Shown: piece by piece, positions 60,688 to 64,000 of the stretch | Position numbering within the stretch: the first letter of the stretch is position 1 | Layout: each line of letters opens with the position of its first letter | Assembly: GCA_965113315.1 (NCBI GenBank) | Contig: OZ220368.1 | Source: Podarcis vaucheri | Lineage: Eukaryota | Length of the DNA stretch: 64,000 nucleotides | Strand: one strand, 5' to 3' | Made by a program: the position numbers and the translations under genes | The notes under the pieces: model-generated | What the model saw: only the letters and a program-made list of their open reading frames with translations | The model's database searches: none | Told to the model about the DNA's origin: nothing

Positions 60688-61364
60688 CAACCTGGTGACC
60701 TTCTGTCCGAGGCTCTTAACTCTTTTCCATGTCCCTTCTGCAGATCTTCTTCATATTTATACATGCACTTTACTTTGTCTTCTGCTGATCCTGTTCTTAA
60801 TTTCCTTCCTTTGGCACTGAGGAGTAGATCTCGGGGAAACTCCAACCTAACAATGTCTTTATTCCTTCTCGACAGGTCAGCCCATTCTCCATAGTCAGAA
60901 CTAAAGTCCAAAAAATATTTCAGAGCTCCAATCTCCCCCTGACCCAAATCCAAATCCCAAAGGCCAGAACATCCCTGCATAAGAGGATCTATCCAACTTT
61001 CCTTCTCCAATCCAAGCAGGGCTCCATCCCACCAAATCTGGCTTTCTCCAGATTCGATCATAAAAGGTAGCAGCTTATGTTCATCAAATTGCCTCTGTGA
61101 GGCCGGGGCTCTCTCCACTTGAATTACTTGAGGTTCAACAACATCTTTCTCCTTCGTCTTCTCCACAGCTTGCCATGTCAAAACAAATTCCTGAACCAAA
61201 TCCTGAGTAGTTTCTGCATAGGTATTCACTTTTTGTCCCAAATCAGTCATTTTTTGTCCCAAATTGTCAATTTTAATAATCCTCACATCCGTCTTCTCAT
61301 GAAGCTGTTCCAATAAGGCACTTGTCTTGCAAAATGCAATCACCAAGGCTTCTTCTGTCAACAT
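60687..61364 (-). CDS. L1 ORF1p-like protein (225 aa), transposon-encoded
   Basis: Longest ORF in the window. It has an N-terminal heptad/coiled-coil pattern (LLEQLHEKTDVRIIKIDNLGQKMTDLGQKV) and a C-terminal IVRLEFPRDLLLSAKGRKLR resembling the ORF1p C-terminal domain. It lies downstream of an L1-like 5'UTR. Confidence 0.65.
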   Translation of the reverse strand: MLTEEALVIAFCKTSALLEQLHEKTDVRIIKIDNLGQKMTDLGQKVNTYAETTQDLVQEFVLTWQAVEKTKEKDVVEPQVIQVERAPASQRQFDEHKLLPFMIESGESQIWWDGALLGLEKESWIDPLMQGCSGLWDLDLGQGEIGALKYFLDFSSDYGEWADLSRRNKDIVRLEFPRDLLLSAKGRKLRTGSAEDKVKCMYKYEEDLQKGHGKELRASDRRSPG

Positions 61365-61949
61365 TCTTGTCCAAGGTCAATCTCTGATTCTCACGGTCTT
61401 TAATCTCTACAGCTGGAAAATTCCCCAGCTCCACTCCTGCAACAGTTTCAAAAGCTCCCTCTAGAGGAAACAATTTCTATTTGTATCAATCCTTTTAAGC
61501 ACAGATCCAGCAACAAAGTTAGTTTCGATTTTCAGTTATTTTTTTACTCCCTTTTAAGTGCAAAAGGAAACAATGGAAACAATATATTTCTCTTATTTAA
61601 CAATCTGTCAACATACATTTTATTCAGAGTCAATGAACTTTCCCAAAACGTCAATCTCGCTGGCAGCCCGTTCCCAGGTTCGAAACGGGGGTAATTTATC
61701 TTTCTTCACTCTCTCTCCTGCAGGCTTGAACGATCTAAAATTTTCCCCCTCTTCTCCTTCTTCCAAGGGGGGTTTAGTAATTTTAGCCGATGGGGATTTA
61801 ATCCTTTACAAAGAGACTTTCCAGGCTTTAGCTTGCAACGTCTTTGCTTCAATCTATTTACAAAAAAGGAAGGCGGACTTCCTGTTTGGAACCTTCCCGT
61901 TTCAATGCCAAATTAAGATATTTAGAGATCCAATTTTCTGTTCTACTCA

Positions 61950-62277
61950 CGGGTAGTTGTTTAGAGTCCAATTGTCCACAGGAAAAAGTCAGCGCTCTCC
62001 GGCAGCAGCAATGCGGCTTCACTCCGTGAAAGAAGCAGTCGATTCGAAGCACTGCGCCACTCACCCCACGTCGCTCCGGATCCCTGAAACCGGGTTTCCC
62101 CGCGAGTAGGGGAGGCGCAAAAGGTGCCAGCCGAATCCCACGTCCACAGGCTTCTCCCGCCTGTGGTTTTTAATGGGTCTCCACCTCGCCGTGGCAGTCC
62201 AGACCCTAATTTCCATGGAGCAGATTCCTCCCGATCAGAGGAAATCCGCCATTGCCGGAGGCGCTAACCTGGAAGTC
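61950..62277 (-). promoter_or_regulatory. Internal Pol II promoter / CpG-rich 5'UTR of the L1-like element
   Basis: Local CpG enrichment, an ETS-like ggaagt at 62271-62276 and a YY1-like ccgccattg at 62246-62254, close to the element 5' end as in vertebrate L1s. Confidence 0.6.
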
Positions 62278-62552
62278 CCTATTCCAAATCCCTTTCAGTT
62301 CAGTCACATGATCTAGCAGCCCAGTCAGACTTAGCTGGTGAAAAGGGTAGTGTAATCAAATCCCTACTGAATGAAGTTTGGAACAGGGGTGACTTATGCT
62401 GGCATAACTTTTGCTGGCTTACTTAGGATTGCTCTGTTAAAGATGGATGCCTTGTGAGCGCAGAATGAACATTATGTGACACTTGTAAAAGTGCCAGTGC
62501 CACAGATCAAAGCAGTCATATATGAGTGAGTTAAAAGTCTCCAACGTTTAAC

Positions 62553-62571
62553 TCACACCAGGGGGCACTAA
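62553..62571 (+). promoter_or_regulatory. Candidate CTCF site
   Basis: acACCAGGGGGCACTa core match with one mismatch at the first C. Confidence 0.4.
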
Positions 62572-62615
62572 TGGGTGCCTAGGCATGGATTTGTTTATAT
62601 TTATATATTCTATTG

Positions 62616-62879
62616 CATGGGTAGGCAACCTAAGGCCCAGGGGCCAGATCCAGCACAATCACCTTCTAAATCTGGCCCATGGATTGTCCGGGAATCAGCG
62701 TGTATTTACATGAGTAGAATGTGTGCTTTTATTTAAAATGCATCTCTGGGTTATTTATGGGGCATAGGAATTCATTCTTCTTCTCCCTCCCCCCCCCCAA
62801 AAAAAAATATAGACCGGCCCCCCACAAGGTCTGAGGGACAGTGGACCAGCTCCTTGCTGAAAAAGTTTGCTGACCCCTG
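62616..62879. mobile_element. hAT-Charlie MITE, OC1/OposCharlie-like
   Basis: Imperfect TIRs catgggtaggcaa / ttgctgacccctg and a perfect 8-bp TSD ttctattg (62608-62615, 62880-62887). The 3' subterminal sequence is 'ccggccc..ggtctgagggacagtg..aaaaagtttg'. Confidence 0.88.
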
Positions 62880-63200
62880 TTCTATTGATTGTTTTAAATA
62901 AAGGTAGCTTAAAAATGCATTTTAGGCTGCCTTTTAGGGCATAGCCCTTTCAAGGCAACTTCTGTAAAATCATTAAACTTCAAGAACAATATTATTATAA
63001 TAATTCAAGAAAAATTACTGTGGTATCCAACCAATACTGTACAGATATTTCACTGTCTAATATCCAGATCCAGATCCAGATCCAGAAGCTTTTGCATAAA
63101 ACTTCAGAATAGATTACTTGGGTGGGGTGATCCTGCAGTGATGTGGGTGAGGGCCTTCTTTGTGGTGGCTCCCCACATGTGGAATGCCCTTCTCTCTGAA

Positions 63201-63395
63201 TAAAAAAATTCCTTCCAGTAGCACCTTAAAGACCAACTAAGTTAGTTCTTGGTATGAGCTTTCGTGTGCATTCACACTTCTTCAGATACACACGAAAGCT
63301 CATACCAAGAACTAACTTAGTTGGTCTTTAAGGTGCTACTGGAAGGAATTTTTTTATTTTGACTATGGCAGACCAACACGGCTACCTATCTGTAA
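63201..63395 (+). mobile_element. Penelope-like (Neptune-like) inverted pLTR insertion
   Basis: Perfect 70-bp inverted arms (63199-63268 / 63289-63358), a 37-nt unpaired 3' tail and a 12-bp TSD cttctctctgaa (63189-63200, 63396-63407). Confidence 0.9.
63252..63289 (-). ncRNA. Minimal type-I hammerhead ribozyme motif (PLE-borne)
   Basis: Minus strand GUAU-CUGAAGA-A-GUGUG-(AAUG)-CACAC-GAAA-G-CUC/AUAC: 4-bp helix I, 5-bp helix II and palindromic AGCU helix III. Confidence 0.8.
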
Positions 63396-63743
63396 CTTCT
63401 CTCTGAAGTATGGCTAGCACTGATGTTGTTGACTTTTTAGTGCCAACTGAAAACATACCTTTTTGTCCAGTCCTTTGCAGGATTTTGATGGACTGTTAAA
63501 TTGTTCAGTGATAGGATCATCATGAGTAATTTAAAGAAATTTTGAGATATACATGTAGATTTAAATTTTTATACTTTATTAGCCTTTTGGTGTTTATTCA
63601 TCTGTGATTGTATGGTTTTATCTTTCTATTTGGTAACCCACCCTGGTATTGTTAACTGATGAAGAGCAGGCTAGAAATATAATAATAAACAAACAAATAA
63701 CAAAAATTATGGATTCAATGGTGCAGAAAGTGGAGGGAAGGAA

Positions 63744-63793
63744 GGGAGAGGGAGAGGGAAAGGGAAAGGGAAAGGGAAAGGGAAAGGGAAAGG
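63744..63793. repeat. (GGGAAA/GGGAGA)n purine microsatellite
   Basis: Read directly from the sequence. Confidence 0.9.
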
Positions 63794-64000
63794 TGGTGAT
63801 GGGAACTGGGAATAATATTATTAGAACTCACCACCTTCTCTCCCAGTGCCCAAACCAAGCTTTCTATTTCTGGGGGGGTGAATGTCGATTTTGATTTTTC
63901 AGATTCCCATTTTTTCCCCCAGCACAAAGTTCAGTTCTCCATATTTCCATAGCAGTTTGCAATTTTTACCTTTTGATTACCACAGTATATGCATGTTGGA

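Larger units (their letters stand above)
59699..62277 (-). mobile_element. Non-autonomous ORF1-only L1-clade element (HAL1-like / internally deleted L1)
   Basis: 18-bp TSD cctattccaaatcccttt (59681-59698, 62278-62295). The 5' start is gacttccagg with a YY1-like aatggcgg, followed by a CpG-rich 5'UTR, an ORF1-like 225-aa ORF, an ORF2 C-terminal remnant, and AATAAA plus an (ATT)n tail at 59699-59750. Confidence 0.85.
63148..63700 (+). mobile_element. L2 3' fragment interrupted by a PLE
   Basis: agggccttctttgtggtggctccccacatgtggaatgccctt (RAFFVVAPHMWNAL) resumes after 63395 and ends with a 'gtaacccaccctgg...gagcaggctagaaat' tail. Confidence 0.7.

Noticed and set aside
61558-61956. 132-aa plus-strand ORF antisense to the L1-like 5'UTR (possible ORF0 analogue)
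   Set aside because: It has a GTG start and no recognisable similarity, and cannot be supported without conservation across family copies.
13-63927. Most ORFs in the six-frame track (60-150 aa)
   Set aside because: They have no recognisable domains, many use non-ATG starts, and many run through microsatellites or SINEs. Their lengths are as expected by chance.

Overview
Eukaryotic vertebrate DNA, almost certainly a squamate reptile and most likely a lacertid lizard. This assignment is an inference from Sauria SINEs, Bov-B, CR1, L2, Penelope-like and hAT/Tigger MITE remnants recognised from memory. I can support no host protein-coding gene: nearly all ORFs in the track are spurious or repeat-derived. 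The window reads as a long intron or gene desert with many TAAT/FOX/PBX-HOX-rich, repeat-free blocks (candidate conserved enhancers) among many transposon insertions, several with exact target-site duplications (TSDs). The main observations are: (1) a complete 2.58-kb non-autonomous, ORF1-only ('half-L1'-like) element at 59699-62277 (-) with an 18-bp TSD, a CpG-rich 5'UTR, and a 225-aa ORF whose stop overlaps (TGATG) a 39-aa ORF2 C-terminal remnant; it carries a nested young Sauria SINE and a perfect 55-bp fold-back duplication; (2) minimal type-I hammerhead ribozyme motifs from two different Penelope-like families (21119-21156 +, 63252-63289 -); (3) an internally deleted, bipartite Bov-B with a TSD; (4) solo LTRs, two of which sit at RTAY target sites; (5) candidate splice signals, including one clean 70-nt exon ending in ATG and recursive-splice-like AG|GTAAG motifs. 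Family names come from pattern recognition, not from database searches.
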